DNA of 64,000 nucleotides, taken from positions 3,392,001 through 3,456,000 of the forward strand of contig CBDASK010000003.1 in the NCBI GenBank assembly GCA_965199495.1, in the 5' to 3' direction. This document shows positions 29,340 through 39,187 of the stretch, one piece after another. The notes beneath the pieces were generated by a model. That model had not been told where the DNA came from, ran no database searches, and was given only the letters and a program-made list of their open reading frames with translations. Within the stretch, counting starts at the first letter, position 1. The number at the start of each line of letters is the position of its first letter. A program made the position numbers and the translations under genes. Origin of the DNA: Abditibacterium sp. (GTDB lineage: Bacteria; Armatimonadota; Abditibacteriia; Abditibacteriales; Abditibacteriaceae).

Positions 29340-30137
29340 ATGAATTTTTATCGAAATAAAACGGCTCTGGTCACGGGCGCATCGAGCGGCATCGGCGCCG
29401 AGTTCGCGCGCGTTTTGGCGCGCAAAGGTTGCGACCTGATTTTGGTCGCGCGCCGCGAAGACCGTTTGCGCGAATTGGCCGACGAATTGGCGAGCCAATA
29501 CAAAATTAAAGCCCACGTCATCGCCCACGATTTGAGCGACGAATGGGCGGTGCGCACGATTTACGACGAAATCAACCAGCGCGAATTGCGTGTGGAAATT
29601 TTGATTAATAACGCCGGATTCGCCACGCAGGGCGATTTCGAGACGACCGACGCCGATTTGCTGCACCGCGAAGTGATGCTCAACGTGACGGCAGTCGTGG
29701 ATTTGACGCGTTTATTTCTGCCCGCGATGATCGAGCGCAAAAGTGGCGTTATCGTCAACGTCGCTTCGACGGCGAGCTTTTTCCCGTTGCAAACGCAGGC
29801 GGTTTACGGCGCGACCAAAGCGTTCGTTTTGAGCTGGAGCGAGGCGTTGTGGGCCGAAAATCGCGCGCGCGGCATCAAAGTTCTGGCGCTCTGTCCCGGC
29901 GCGACGCAAACCGAATTTTTCGAGCGCGTCGGCAAAACCGTGAAAGCCCCCAAAGATACGCCCGAATTTGTCGTGCAAACCGCGTTCAAAGCCTTGAGTC
30001 GCGGCGATTCGACCGTTATTGTCGGACGCACCAATGCTTTAGCCGCCACGCTTTTGCCGCGCCTATTACCGCGCGAAACTTTGATTTTAGCGGCGGGCCG
30101 CGTGATTCAAAAGTTCTGGGCGAGCGGCGGCAATTGA
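29340..30137 (+). CDS. Short-chain dehydrogenase/reductase
   Basis: TGASSGIG, NNAG, YGATK. Confidence 0.95.
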   Translation: MNFYRNKTALVTGASSGIGAEFARVLARKGCDLILVARREDRLRELADELASQYKIKAHVIAHDLSDEWAVRTIYDEINQRELRVEILINNAGFATQGDFETTDADLLHREVMLNVTAVVDLTRLFLPAMIERKSGVIVNVASTASFFPLQTQAVYGATKAFVLSWSEALWAENRARGIKVLALCPGATQTEFFERVGKTVKAPKDTPEFVVQTAFKALSRGDSTVIVGRTNALAATLLPRLLPRETLILAAGRVIQKFWASGGN

Positions 30138-30241
30138 TTCAAGTCATCAGCGCATAGCGTTTATTCCCGGAAAATTTTGCTCTGACATCTTGCGAAACGC
30201 GGGCAAATTTGGGATAATTGTCTGTGCCCCGCGCAACAGAT

Positions 30242-30331
30242 GGAGAGATACCCAAGCGGCTCAAGGGGCGGGTTTGCTAAACCTGTAGTCTGGCGTAAGC
30301 TGGAGCGAGGGTTCGAATCCCTCTCTCTCCG
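30242..30331 (+). tRNA. tRNA-Ser(GCT), canonical copy
   Basis: GGAGAGA/TCTCTCC acceptor, G discriminator, CGGGT-TTGCTAA-ACCTG arm, long variable arm, GGTTCGAATCC; upstream TTGCGA-17-GATAAT. Confidence 0.95.
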
Positions 30332-30340
30332 TTCAAAATT

Positions 30341-30376
30341 AAGCCGCTCGAATCATTTTGATTCGAGCGGCTTTTT
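30341..30376 (+). terminator. Intrinsic terminator after tRNA-Ser
   Basis: AAGCCGCTCGAATC-ATTTT-GATTCGAGCGGCTTTTT. Confidence 0.85.
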
Positions 30377-30782
30377 ATTTGGCTTCCAGCTTTTTGAACT
30401 TCTCGATTTGCGGCGCGAGGTCTTCGATGGCTTTTTTCAAAGATTCGACTTCGATCACAGCGTCGTGGACTTGCCACCACAAATCTTGCTCTTTTATCCA
30501 AAAATCGCTGGGCAGGCTTAGAATGTTTTGCAGTAGAGCGCCTGGATAAAAGTCACCGCTTTCCATCGGATTCCCAACGAGAAATTCGAGCGCAATTGGA
30601 ATGAGATAGCGCGGGCTGAATTTTTGGCCCAACATTAACCGGCAATCTTCGGCGTTCCACTGTTCAAGCGGCGTCCGATGTAAAATCAGACAACGCCGAA
30701 TCATATCTGTCGGTGCGCTTTCGGGTTCGCCCATGTCAAAGTTTTCGAGTTCTTGCAACGATTTGGATGTGTCCATCAGCAT
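30375..30782 (-). CDS. Contact-dependent inhibition immunity-like protein (CdiI_3-like), orphan
   Basis: KSLQELE, LHRTPL, RLMLGQ, YLIPIALE, GDFYPGALL pattern recalled from this immunity family. Confidence 0.7.
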   Translation of the reverse strand: MLMDTSKSLQELENFDMGEPESAPTDMIRRCLILHRTPLEQWNAEDCRLMLGQKFSPRYLIPIALEFLVGNPMESGDFYPGALLQNILSLPSDFWIKEQDLWWQVHDAVIEVESLKKAIEDLAPQIEKFKKLEAK

Positions 30783-30801
30783 TTATTTTACACTCATTCG
30801 T

Positions 30802-30993
30802 ATGACGCCCGAAATCCGCGAGCAACTGCGCGCGCTCATCGAAGCCAACCGCGCGCGCGCGTTGTGGAACTTTCCCGCCGATTATTTTCCCGATGATGCC
30901 GCCGCCGCGCGCGCGGTTTTAGGGCGCATCGCGGCGCGCGGCGACCGCGCGACATTTGTTGCGGCGCGGCAGTTGTTGGCGAAAATTTCCTAA
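30802..30993 (+). CDS. Small protein, putative antitoxin partner of the downstream nucleotidyltransferase
   Basis: 63 aa; stop overlaps the next start (TAATG). Confidence 0.6.
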   Translation: MTPEIREQLRALIEANRARALWNFPADYFPDDAAAARAVLGRIAARGDRATFVAARQLLAKIS

Positions 30994-31814
30994 TGGCGCT
31001 TTCTCCGTTTCAACTCGAAATATGCCGATTATTGGCCAGTCGGCGCGCACCCGAACGTGTGCCACAAAGTTATCTGGCGGGCGGTGCGACGCTGGGCGCC
31101 TTGCTCGATACGCCGAGATTATCGCGCGATTTGGACTTGTTTCACGATACGCTCGAAGCATTAGACGCGACATGGAAAGCTGACCAAATTTTGCTTATGG
31201 GCGCGGGTTATGGCGTCGAAATTTTGCGCGAGCGCCCCGGTTTTGTTGAAGTTACGGTTGCGCGCGGAGAGCAAAGCGTGTTGCTGCAATGGGTGCGCGA
31301 CAGCGCTTTTCGGTTTTTCCCGCTTTTGCCGCACGCCGATTTGGGTTTGACGCTGCATCCATTCGATTTGGCGACCAACAAAATTTTGGCTCTGGTTGGC
31401 CGCATTGAAGCGCGCGATTGGGTGGATGCGCTGGAATGCCATCGCCACGTTTCGCCGTTGGGACTTTTGGCGTGGGCCGCGTGCGGCAAAGACGAGGGCT
31501 GGAATCCGCAATTGATATTGGAAGAAGCCGCGCGCAACGGGCGCGCCTCGCCGCTCGAATGGGCACAACTCGAATGGCAGGGCGCGGCGCCCAATCCGAT
31601 TGAATTCAAAACGCAGTGGCGCGAATCTCTGGCGGCGGCTTCCCAAATCATCGAGATTTTGCCCTTGGAATCATTGGGAATGGCCGTTTTAAATGCGACG
31701 GGCGCGCCCTTTCAGGGCGACGTGGCTGCATTGCAGGGCGCGCTCGAACGCGACGAATTGCGCTTTCACGCGGGTTATATCGGCGGCGCGTGGCCAACGC
31801 TGAAAGAAAACTAA
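30993..31814 (+). CDS. AbiEii/AbiGii-like nucleotidyltransferase toxin family protein
   Basis: YLAGGATL, RLSRDLDLF, NKILALVGR.EARDWVD motifs. Confidence 0.8.
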   Translation: MALSPFQLEICRLLASRRAPERVPQSYLAGGATLGALLDTPRLSRDLDLFHDTLEALDATWKADQILLMGAGYGVEILRERPGFVEVTVARGEQSVLLQWVRDSAFRFFPLLPHADLGLTLHPFDLATNKILALVGRIEARDWVDALECHRHVSPLGLLAWAACGKDEGWNPQLILEEAARNGRASPLEWAQLEWQGAAPNPIEFKTQWRESLAAASQIIEILPLESLGMAVLNATGAPFQGDVAALQGALERDELRFHAGYIGGAWPTLKEN

Positions 31815-32782
31815 AACTCCCCCAGACTTTCGCGTTTCTCGCGCCATTCGCGCGGAATTCCGTCAATGCCAACGCGCGCGCCGACGATGCCACCAACAAT
31901 CGCGCAGGTCGTGTCGCGGTCGCCCAAACCGGCGACGGTGTGCCATAACGCTTCCTCAAAATACGCGCCTTCGTGATGCGCGCACCAGATACAAAAGGGC
32001 ACTGTGTCCATCGCCGTGACCGCCTGGCCGCTACCCAGAACTTCGGCGACTTGTTCGCTCGTCGCGTCGTCCATTTGCTGCGCTTGCTCAAGGCGCAGAC
32101 GCACTTCGCTGTCGGTCAAATAGGGCAAGACTTCGCCGATCAAATCCAATTCTTCGTCCGCATCTAAATCGCGCGCGCGCGCCATGAAACACGCGGCCAT
32201 CGCCACAGCCACGGCGCCCGCGACGCCTTCGGGATGCGCGTGCGTCACGCGCGCGCTGCGGCGCGCTTGCTCGGCGACGATTTCGGGATTGTCGGCGAAA
32301 TAGGCGCCAATCGGTGCCGCGCGCATCGCGGCGCCGTTGCCGAAACTGCCCATTCCCTCGAACAGTTGCGGCGATTCTACGCGCCAATCGCCCGCGCCGA
32401 TGGCGGGCAACAACGCGAACATCGCTCCGCCGTAACCGCGATTCGGGTCGGCGGCGTAGCGACGCGAAAATCCGCGCGCCAGAGCGTCGGGATTAATCTC
32501 GCCGAATTCGCGCAAATTGGCGACGATTTCCAATGTCATCGCGGTGTCGTCCGTCCAAACCCACGGCGTCTCGATGAACTCGGTGCGCCGCGTGTCAATT
32601 AAAAGTTGCAGCGCGCGCGTGCCCTCGAACTCGAACGGAATGTCTTCGAGTAAACCCGTCGGCAACATGCGTTGCGCCAGTTCGAGGCTCATGAAAAAGC
32701 CTTCGCCAAACGCATCGCCGACGCTTGTGCCTTCGAGCGCATCAAGGGCGCGCGCTAAACGCGCTTCGGGAGTGGATTGCAT
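31811..32782 (-). CDS. ADP-ribosylglycohydrolase family protein
   Basis: VGDAFG, WTDDT, RGYG, SFGNGAAMR, THAH, GDRDTT. Confidence 0.95.
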   Translation of the reverse strand: MQSTPEARLARALDALEGTSVGDAFGEGFFMSLELAQRMLPTGLLEDIPFEFEGTRALQLLIDTRRTEFIETPWVWTDDTAMTLEIVANLREFGEINPDALARGFSRRYAADPNRGYGGAMFALLPAIGAGDWRVESPQLFEGMGSFGNGAAMRAAPIGAYFADNPEIVAEQARRSARVTHAHPEGVAGAVAVAMAACFMARARDLDADEELDLIGEVLPYLTDSEVRLRLEQAQQMDDATSEQVAEVLGSGQAVTAMDTVPFCIWCAHHEGAYFEEALWHTVAGLGDRDTTCAIVGGIVGARVGIDGIPREWREKRESLGEF

Positions 32783-32804
32783 AATTTATAGTTTGAAAAC
32801 TCTT

Positions 32805-33281
32805 TTATTCTACTCCGCACATCACGTCACCTTTAGGGCATCCGGGGCACGCGGATGTAGGAGTTTCGGCCAGTAACTTGTTGATAGCGCGCAACGATTT
32901 CGGGGTCAAACGACTGCCAGTCCCTTTACTCTGAGTTGGATAGATCGAAAAATGACCATGCAAAGGATCGAGTATTCGGTAAGAAATCGAGCTATCTCGG
33001 TAGGTTTCAATGAACGCCAAATCGGAAGGTGAACTCCAACTACCAGCGCTTGCTGGCTTCGTCCAGTTTGGATCGGTTTCCCATAAATCTATCATCTGTT
33101 TGGCGGCTTCGCCTTCCAAATGGCGCATTCGACACTTGTCTTTGGGCGGGCGTATCATCCGAATTTCGAGGCTCGCCAATTGGGTGCCCGCAATTTTATA
33201 GCGTTGATAAAGCGTCGCACTCAGTGGTACCGCTAACGCGAGCAAGACTGTTAAAGCCAACCATCGCAAATCTTTCTTCAT
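32805..33281 (-). CDS. Hypothetical membrane-anchored protein
   Basis: 158-aa ORF with an N-terminal hydrophobic helix; atypical composition. Confidence 0.6.
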   Translation of the reverse strand: MKKDLRWLALTVLLALAVPLSATLYQRYKIAGTQLASLEIRMIRPPKDKCRMRHLEGEAAKQMIDLWETDPNWTKPASAGSWSSPSDLAFIETYRDSSISYRILDPLHGHFSIYPTQSKGTGSRLTPKSLRAINKLLAETPTSACPGCPKGDVMCGVE

Positions 33282-33336
33282 GGCGATTCCAAAAATCAGG
33301 CGCGCTTGAAATGACGCACGTTGTAAATTATAATCC

Positions 33337-33711
33337 GTGAAAATTCACGGTTTGCATCATATTTTACTGCCCGCCCGCGATGTCGCGCGCGCCGCAGCCT
33401 TCTACGAAAAACTAGGCATGGAAGCGGTTTCGCCCATCAACCCGCGCATGGCGTGGATGCAGTTCGGCGGCAACCAACTGCACTTGTGGTTGAACGACGA
33501 AAAACACCCTTACAACGGCTGGACGCACGAGCCGTCGCCGCATTTCGCCATCGCCGTTGACGACGTTCACGCTTACGAATCGCATATTGCGGCAATCGGC
33601 GGCGAAGTGATTCAAAAAGCTGGACAACGCCCCAACGGAACATGGTATCTGTTCGCTTTGGACACCGAAGGCAATCGCTTCGAGTTGATGGAATTGCCAT
33701 CGGAGAATTAG
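33337..33711 (+). CDS. VOC/glyoxalase family protein
   Basis: LHHI, AFYEKLG, HFAIAVDD, DTEGNRFEL. Confidence 0.9.
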   Translation: MKIHGLHHILLPARDVARAAAFYEKLGMEAVSPINPRMAWMQFGGNQLHLWLNDEKHPYNGWTHEPSPHFAIAVDDVHAYESHIAAIGGEVIQKAGQRPNGTWYLFALDTEGNRFELMELPSEN

Positions 33712-33830
33712 CCACAGAGAACACAGAGGGACACAGAGAAGACGAAGGAAATATGAAGTAGAGGAACTAATCTCACATTTCCGCTTCTACTTCTAATTTT
33801 CTTCGTCTTCTCTGTGTTCTCTGTGGCTAA
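33709..33830. repeat. Palindromic repeat, family B
   Basis: TAGCCACAGAGAACACAGAG.../...CTCTGTGTTCTCTGTGGCTA. Confidence 0.85.
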
Positions 33831-33833
33831 AAA

Positions 33834-34715
33834 TTAGCGTTCGCTATACCCGAAACGGCTGAGCCACGCATCGTTGTCGCGCCATTTATCGCGGACTTTG
33901 ACGCGCAATTCCAGAAACACTTTTTTGCCCAACGAACTCTCGATTTCGCGGCGCGCTTGCTGGCCGATTTCTTTGATGCGCGCGCCCTTTTCGCCGATAA
34001 CGATTTTCTTCTGGCCTTCGCGTTCGACGTAGACAATCGCCTCGATATACATGCGATTGTCGGGGCGTGGCTGCATCTGCTCGACAGCCACGGCGACCGA
34101 ATGCGGGATTTCTTCGCGCAACTGCGCCAACGCTTGTTCGCGAATTAATTCTTCAACGTGGAATTCGGGCGTGCGGTCGCCGATCATATCGGGCGGGAAA
34201 TACGGTTCGCCTTCGGGCAATCGCGCGATAATTGCGGCGCGCAACTCGTCCAAACCCGCGCCGGTCAACGCCGAAATTTCGTAAGTGCCATCGAAAACGC
34301 GCAGAGCCTCGAACTGGCGGCGGCGATAATCGCTCACCGCTAACGCGTCAATTTTGTTGAGCGCCAGCAAAACCGGGCCTTGGTAATGTTTCAGCAGTTC
34401 GGCGGCGCGGCGGTCGTCGGCGTGCGGCGCGTCGGTGGCATCGGCGACGAACAACACGCATTCGACATCGGCCAAAGCGCTGCGCGCGTTTTTGACGAGA
34501 GTTTCACCCAACTTATGCTGCGGCTCGTGAATGCCGGGCGTGTCCAAAAAGACGATTTGAAACTCGTCGCCGCCGTGCAAAACGCCGGTAATTCTGTGGC
34601 GCGTGGTTTGTGGCCGAGGCGAAACGATGACGTGCTTGCGGCCCAATAACGCGTTGAGAAGCGTTGACTTACCGGCGTTGGGTCGGCCCCACAAAGTGCA
34701 AAATCCTGATTTCAT
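33834..34715 (-). CDS. era: GTPase Era
   Basis: GRPNAGKST, PQTTR, DTPG, NKID, KH domain VIGEKG. Confidence 0.97.
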   Translation of the reverse strand: MKSGFCTLWGRPNAGKSTLLNALLGRKHVIVSPRPQTTRHRITGVLHGGDEFQIVFLDTPGIHEPQHKLGETLVKNARSALADVECVLFVADATDAPHADDRRAAELLKHYQGPVLLALNKIDALAVSDYRRRQFEALRVFDGTYEISALTGAGLDELRAAIIARLPEGEPYFPPDMIGDRTPEFHVEELIREQALAQLREEIPHSVAVAVEQMQPRPDNRMYIEAIVYVEREGQKKIVIGEKGARIKEIGQQARREIESSLGKKVFLELRVKVRDKWRDNDAWLSRFGYSER

Positions 34716-34761
34716 GTGTAAACAGTTTGGCTGATATGGGCGCGCGCTGAAACTTCGCCCC

Positions 34762-34812
34762 TTGACAACGCGCGCACTTTATTTTAATCTGTTTATTGAA
34801 TGAACATTCAAT
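34762..34812 (+). promoter_or_regulatory. Promoter and palindromic TetR operator
   Basis: TTGACA-17 bp-TAATCT, then ATTGAATGAACATTCAAT (16/18 palindrome) overlapping the TetR start codon. Confidence 0.75.
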
Positions 34813-35414
34813 CAAAAAGCGAAGAATTAGAAAAGTCCTCGAAAGGCGGGCGGCAGTTGCAGTCGCAGGAACAGAGTCGGCGGTTGGTCGAGACGGCGTT
34901 GCGGTTGTTTTCGCAGCGCGGCTACGACGCGACTTCAATTAAGGCGATTGCGACTGCGGCGGGCGTGGCCGTCGGGCTGCTCTACCATTATTTTCCGTCC
35001 AAGGAGGCGTTGTTGGGCGAGATTTTGGAAACGCACTCGTTTCTGCCCGAACTGCGCGCACTGCTTTTAGTCGAACATGACCTGCCCACCGAAAGAGTGC
35101 TGCTCGATGTGGCGCGCGGGTTTGCCAGTTTGATCGAGGACAAAGACGAGATTTTTCGCCTGATGGTGCGCGAAAGCCAGAGCAACGCCGCAATTGCGGC
35201 GACTCTGAGCCAGACCGTGCAGGAAGGCATCGCGACACTATCGGCGTTTTTGCAGACGCGCGTGCAGGTCGGCGAACTGCGCCCTCACGACACCACGCTA
35301 ACCGCGCGGGCGCTCTTGGCGACGGTCTTTACTACGCACCTGATGCGACTCCCCAAACCCGATTGGGAATCGCTGGTTGCGCAGACGTTGGACGGAGTGC
35401 GCGCCCAGAACTGA
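34800..35414 (+). CDS. TetR/AcrR family transcriptional regulator
   Basis: ALRLFSQRGYDATSIKAIA..AGVAVGLLYHYFPSKE. Confidence 0.95.
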   Translation: MNIQSKSEELEKSSKGGRQLQSQEQSRRLVETALRLFSQRGYDATSIKAIATAAGVAVGLLYHYFPSKEALLGEILETHSFLPELRALLLVEHDLPTERVLLDVARGFASLIEDKDEIFRLMVRESQSNAAIAATLSQTVQEGIATLSAFLQTRVQVGELRPHDTTLTARALLATVFTTHLMRLPKPDWESLVAQTLDGVRAQN

Positions 35415-35447
35415 CGCGCGGGCCGAGCGCCCGCAGGGAGAACACAC

Positions 35448-37016
35448 ATGAAAACCGAAACTACCGAAGTGATAATTGTGGGCGCCGGGCCGACGGGCCT
35501 TTCGCTGGCAGCCCAACTGGTGCGCTATGGAATATCTTTTGTCATTGTTGACAAAAAATCGGGCGTGACCGATTTGTCCAAAGCCCTCGTCGTTCACGCG
35601 CGCACCCTGGAAATTTACGATCAAATTGGTCTGGCGCAACCCGCCATTGCTGATGGGCAAGAGTTTCGTCGCGTCACATTACTGAAGCAGGGAAAAATCA
35701 AAGCGGAGCTTGATTTCGCTGAACTGGGCGAGAACATTAGCCAATATCCGTTGCCGCTCATTTATGAGCAGAGCAAAAACGAGAGTTTGCTTTACGAATT
35801 TTTGCGCGACAAAAATCAGGATGTGCGCTGGCAAACCGAACTCGAAAGCCTGACGCAAAACGACGAAGGCGTGACCGCGACTTTGCGCAACACTGATGGA
35901 AAAACGCAGCAATTAACCGCGCGTTATCTGGTGGGTTGCGATGGCGCCAGCAGCACGACGCGCCACGATTTGGGTTTTGAGTTCGAGGGTTCGACGGCGG
36001 CGCGTCTGTTTTATGTCGCCGATGTGACGATGGAAATCGAGACTCCGCAAGATTCCGTTCAACTTTCGTTTGGGCGCGAAGAGTTCGTGGCCATGTTTCC
36101 GATGCCGGGCGAAAAACATTGGCGTCTGCTGGGCAATTTGACTCGCAACGATGCCGATTCGCAGCGCGAAATCCTTTATGATGAAATCGAAAGCAAAGTC
36201 AAAGCTTTGGTGGAAAAGCCGCTCGACATCACCGAAGTGCGCTGGTTTTCGAGTTACAAAATTCACACGCGCCACGCCAAACGTTTTCTGATGGGGCGCT
36301 GTCTTCTGGCCGGAGACGCCGCGCACGTTCACACTCCCGTCGGCGGGCAGGGCATGAATACCGGCATTCAAGATGCCTACAATTTGGCGTGGAAACTGGC
36401 GCTACTATTACGTGGCGTGGCAGACGAAAAACTGCTCGAAACCTACAACTCCGAGCGCTTGGCTAACGCAAAAAAATTGCTCGATACGACCGATAAAGCC
36501 TTCGATATGATCGTGGCTGGGCACTGGTATGGCGAAGTTTTTCGCGATACTCTGTTGCCACTTCTGGCGAGCGTTGCCTGGCAATTCGAGGGCGCCAGAG
36601 AATTCATTTTTGCCACGGTGACGATGTTGGCCATTCATTATCCCGACAGTCCGCTCAGCCGTCACGCGGGCGATAAGTCGTTTGCGGTGAAAGCGGGCCA
36701 ATATCTGCCGTATTTCCTGAGCGAGGGAAAAAGCATTTACGAATTGCTTTATGCGCCGAAATTCCATCTGCTCGCTTTTTCCAACGATGCGAGTGCGCTC
36801 GATAAATTAAACGTGAATGCCAGCGATTGGCTGGATGTTTATCGGGTGCCGCTTTCGGCGCGCGTAACCGAGATTTTCGGGGCGGACAAAGCGTTTTTCG
36901 TGTTGCTACGTCCCGATAATTACATCGCGATTATCGCGGAGAATGTCGCAGAAGACGACGTTAATAATTATTTTGGTGGCTTGTTATCGCGTGTCGCTGG
37001 CGCGAGTCGACAATAA
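35448..37016 (+). CDS. FAD-dependent monooxygenase (aromatic hydroxylase family)
   Basis: GAGPTG, GCDGA, LAGDAAHVHTPVGGQGMNTGIQDA. Confidence 0.93.
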   Translation: MKTETTEVIIVGAGPTGLSLAAQLVRYGISFVIVDKKSGVTDLSKALVVHARTLEIYDQIGLAQPAIADGQEFRRVTLLKQGKIKAELDFAELGENISQYPLPLIYEQSKNESLLYEFLRDKNQDVRWQTELESLTQNDEGVTATLRNTDGKTQQLTARYLVGCDGASSTTRHDLGFEFEGSTAARLFYVADVTMEIETPQDSVQLSFGREEFVAMFPMPGEKHWRLLGNLTRNDADSQREILYDEIESKVKALVEKPLDITEVRWFSSYKIHTRHAKRFLMGRCLLAGDAAHVHTPVGGQGMNTGIQDAYNLAWKLALLLRGVADEKLLETYNSERLANAKKLLDTTDKAFDMIVAGHWYGEVFRDTLLPLLASVAWQFEGAREFIFATVTMLAIHYPDSPLSRHAGDKSFAVKAGQYLPYFLSEGKSIYELLYAPKFHLLAFSNDASALDKLNVNASDWLDVYRVPLSARVTEIFGADKAFFVLLRPDNYIAIIAENVAEDDVNNYFGGLLSRVAGASRQ

Positions 37017-37018
37017 TC

Positions 37019-37052
37019 AAAAGAGCCGTGAATTTTAAATTCACGGCTCTTT
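37019..37052. terminator. Bidirectional terminator
   Basis: AAAGAGCCGTGAATTT...AATTCACGGCTCTTT. Confidence 0.8.
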
Positions 37053-37066
37053 CAAAGCGATTTAAT

Positions 37067-37948
37067 TCAGCTCCACGGCGACGCGCCGACCGGCGGCACT
37101 TGCGAGCGTAAGGCTTCGAGCGCGGCGATGCGTTTGTCCATCGGCGGGTGCGTTGAAAATAGCGCTTGAATGCCACCTAAGCCGCGAAACGGATTGACGA
37201 TGCACAGATGCGCGGTTTGCGGCGACATCGAATGATTCGGAATTTGCGCGGCGCCTAATTCGAGCTTTCGCAGACCGCTAATCAAACCGTCGGGCGAACC
37301 GGTAAGGCGCGCCGAAAACGCGTCAGCTTCGTATTCGCGCGAGCGCGAAACGGCGCTTTGAATCATCGCCGCGACGATTGGGCCGACGATCATCATCGCG
37401 ATCACGGTGAGGAAATTGTTGCCGTCGCGCGAGTTGCCGCCGATGCCAAAGATGGCGCCAAAACGCGCGATTTGCACCAGCACCATTAACGCGCCCGCGA
37501 GCGTGGCGACAATCGCCATCGTCAACGTATCGCGGTTGGCGACGTGACCCAATTCGTGCGCAATAACGCCCTCGATTTCTTTTTGTGACAATAAACTCAG
37601 CAATCCCATATTAACAGCCACGGCGGCGTGGCTGGGGTTGCGCCCGGTGGCAAAGGCGTTGGGCGAGGGATCGTTGATGATGTAAAGTTTGGGCATCGGC
37701 AATTGCGCGCGTTGCACCAAAGTTTCGGTCATGCGATACAAATCGGGCGCCTGTTGCGCGTCAACGGGTTGCGCGCCCGTCATCTTCAGCACGATTTTGT
37801 CGGAAAACCAATAGGAGCCGAAGTTCATCGCCATCGCGATAACGAACGCGATTATCATGCCCTGCGTGCCACCGAGCATGCGCCCGACGAGCAAAACCAA
37901 GGCGGTAAGAGCCGCCAGCAACAGGCCGACTTTGAGGGTGTTTAACAT
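37067..37948 (-). CDS. htpX: Zinc metalloprotease HtpX
   Basis: PNAFATGR, HELGH, SRSREYEAD, FSTHPP. Confidence 0.95.
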   Translation of the reverse strand: MLNTLKVGLLLAALTALVLLVGRMLGGTQGMIIAFVIAMAMNFGSYWFSDKIVLKMTGAQPVDAQQAPDLYRMTETLVQRAQLPMPKLYIINDPSPNAFATGRNPSHAAVAVNMGLLSLLSQKEIEGVIAHELGHVANRDTLTMAIVATLAGALMVLVQIARFGAIFGIGGNSRDGNNFLTVIAMMIVGPIVAAMIQSAVSRSREYEADAFSARLTGSPDGLISGLRKLELGAAQIPNHSMSPQTAHLCIVNPFRGLGGIQALFSTHPPMDKRIAALEALRSQVPPVGASPWS

Positions 37949-38029
37949 CGAAATGCGCTTAAATGAAAGCGTCGTATCAACAGACGAAAAGCGCGAGGCA
38001 AAGCCCCGCGCTTTCACGATAATTTACCT

Positions 38030-39145
38030 TTATTCCAAGTTGTAATCCACCACATAACGATAGCCCGAATCCTGTTTCATCTCCTCAAACGCTTCGTTGA
38101 TTTTCGATAGCGGAATCACCTGCGTAATCAGTTCGTCAACCTTGACTTTGCCGTCCATATACAAATCAATCAGTTCGGGCAACTGCGTTTTGCCGCGACA
38201 ACCGCCAAATGCGGTGCCGATGAGTTTGCGTCCGGCGATGAGCAAGCGCGGCGTGACTTCCATCGTCTCGCCAGTTTTGGCGACGCCGATGAGGCAACAA
38301 ACGCCGCCACCGTAAATCGCCGATTCCAACGCCTGCGTCATGACTTTGGTGTTGCCGGTCGCTTCAAACGTATAATCCGCGCCGCCGCCCGTTAGTTCCT
38401 TGACCAGAGCCACGGCGTCGCCGCCGGTTGGATTGAGTGTGTGAGTGGCGCCGAACTCTTTCGCGCGTTCGAGCCGCTCGTCGTTCAAATCAACGGCGAT
38501 GATCATTGCGGCGCCCGCGAGTTTGCAGCCCTGCAACACGTTCAGGCCAATCGGCCCGACGCCGAAAACCGCGCATTTGCTGCCCGCTTGCACTTTCGAG
38601 GTATAAAGCGCGGCGCCGATGCCGGTCGTGACGGCGCAACCAAACAGCGCCGCGACATGAGCGGGCGCGTCGTCGCGCACTTTCGCGACCGCTTCCTGAT
38701 GCACGACGGTGTATTGGCTAAACGTCGAACACAGCATGAAGTGATGCAAATCTTCGCCATCTTTATGAAAGCGCATCGTGCCGTCGTTCATCGAACCGCC
38801 GAAATAGGCGTCATCTAAGGCCGAACACAAATTGCTTTCGCCGCCCAGACATTCGCGGCACTGCCCGCACTGCGGAATATAAATCGGTACCACGCGGTCG
38901 CCGACTTTGAACTCCGTCACGCCCTCTCCGACTTTGACGATGGTGCCGCAACCTTCGTGGCCCAACACCGAGTTGGCGCGCGTGGTGGTGTCGCCGCCCG
39001 CCATATACCAAATTTCGGTGTGACACAAGCCGGTCGCGTCGAGTTTGATCATCACTTCGCCAGCTTGTGGGTCGTCCACTTCGATTTCCGTCACCAGCAA
39101 CGGCTGGTTGATGCCTTGAAAAACGGCGGCTTTAGATTGAATCAT
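38030..39145 (-). CDS. Zinc-dependent class III-like alcohol/formaldehyde dehydrogenase
   Basis: GLCHTE, GHEG, CGQCREC....NLC, GCAVTTG, GVGPIG. Confidence 0.9.
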   Translation of the reverse strand: MIQSKAAVFQGINQPLLVTEIEVDDPQAGEVMIKLDATGLCHTEIWYMAGGDTTTRANSVLGHEGCGTIVKVGEGVTEFKVGDRVVPIYIPQCGQCRECLGGESNLCSALDDAYFGGSMNDGTMRFHKDGEDLHHFMLCSTFSQYTVVHQEAVAKVRDDAPAHVAALFGCAVTTGIGAALYTSKVQAGSKCAVFGVGPIGLNVLQGCKLAGAAMIIAVDLNDERLERAKEFGATHTLNPTGGDAVALVKELTGGGADYTFEATGNTKVMTQALESAIYGGGVCCLIGVAKTGETMEVTPRLLIAGRKLIGTAFGGCRGKTQLPELIDLYMDGKVKVDELITQVIPLSKINEAFEEMKQDSGYRYVVDYNLE

Positions 39146-39187
39146 GAGGATGGAAGTCTAAGCAATTGGCGGTAAACTCTGCTTCAT

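Noticed and set aside
30240..30521. 93-aa ORF
   Set aside because: Overlaps the tRNA-Ser gene and its terminator
30242..33300. Integrated element at tRNA-Ser
   Set aside because: No integrase and no duplicated tRNA 3' end noticed downstream
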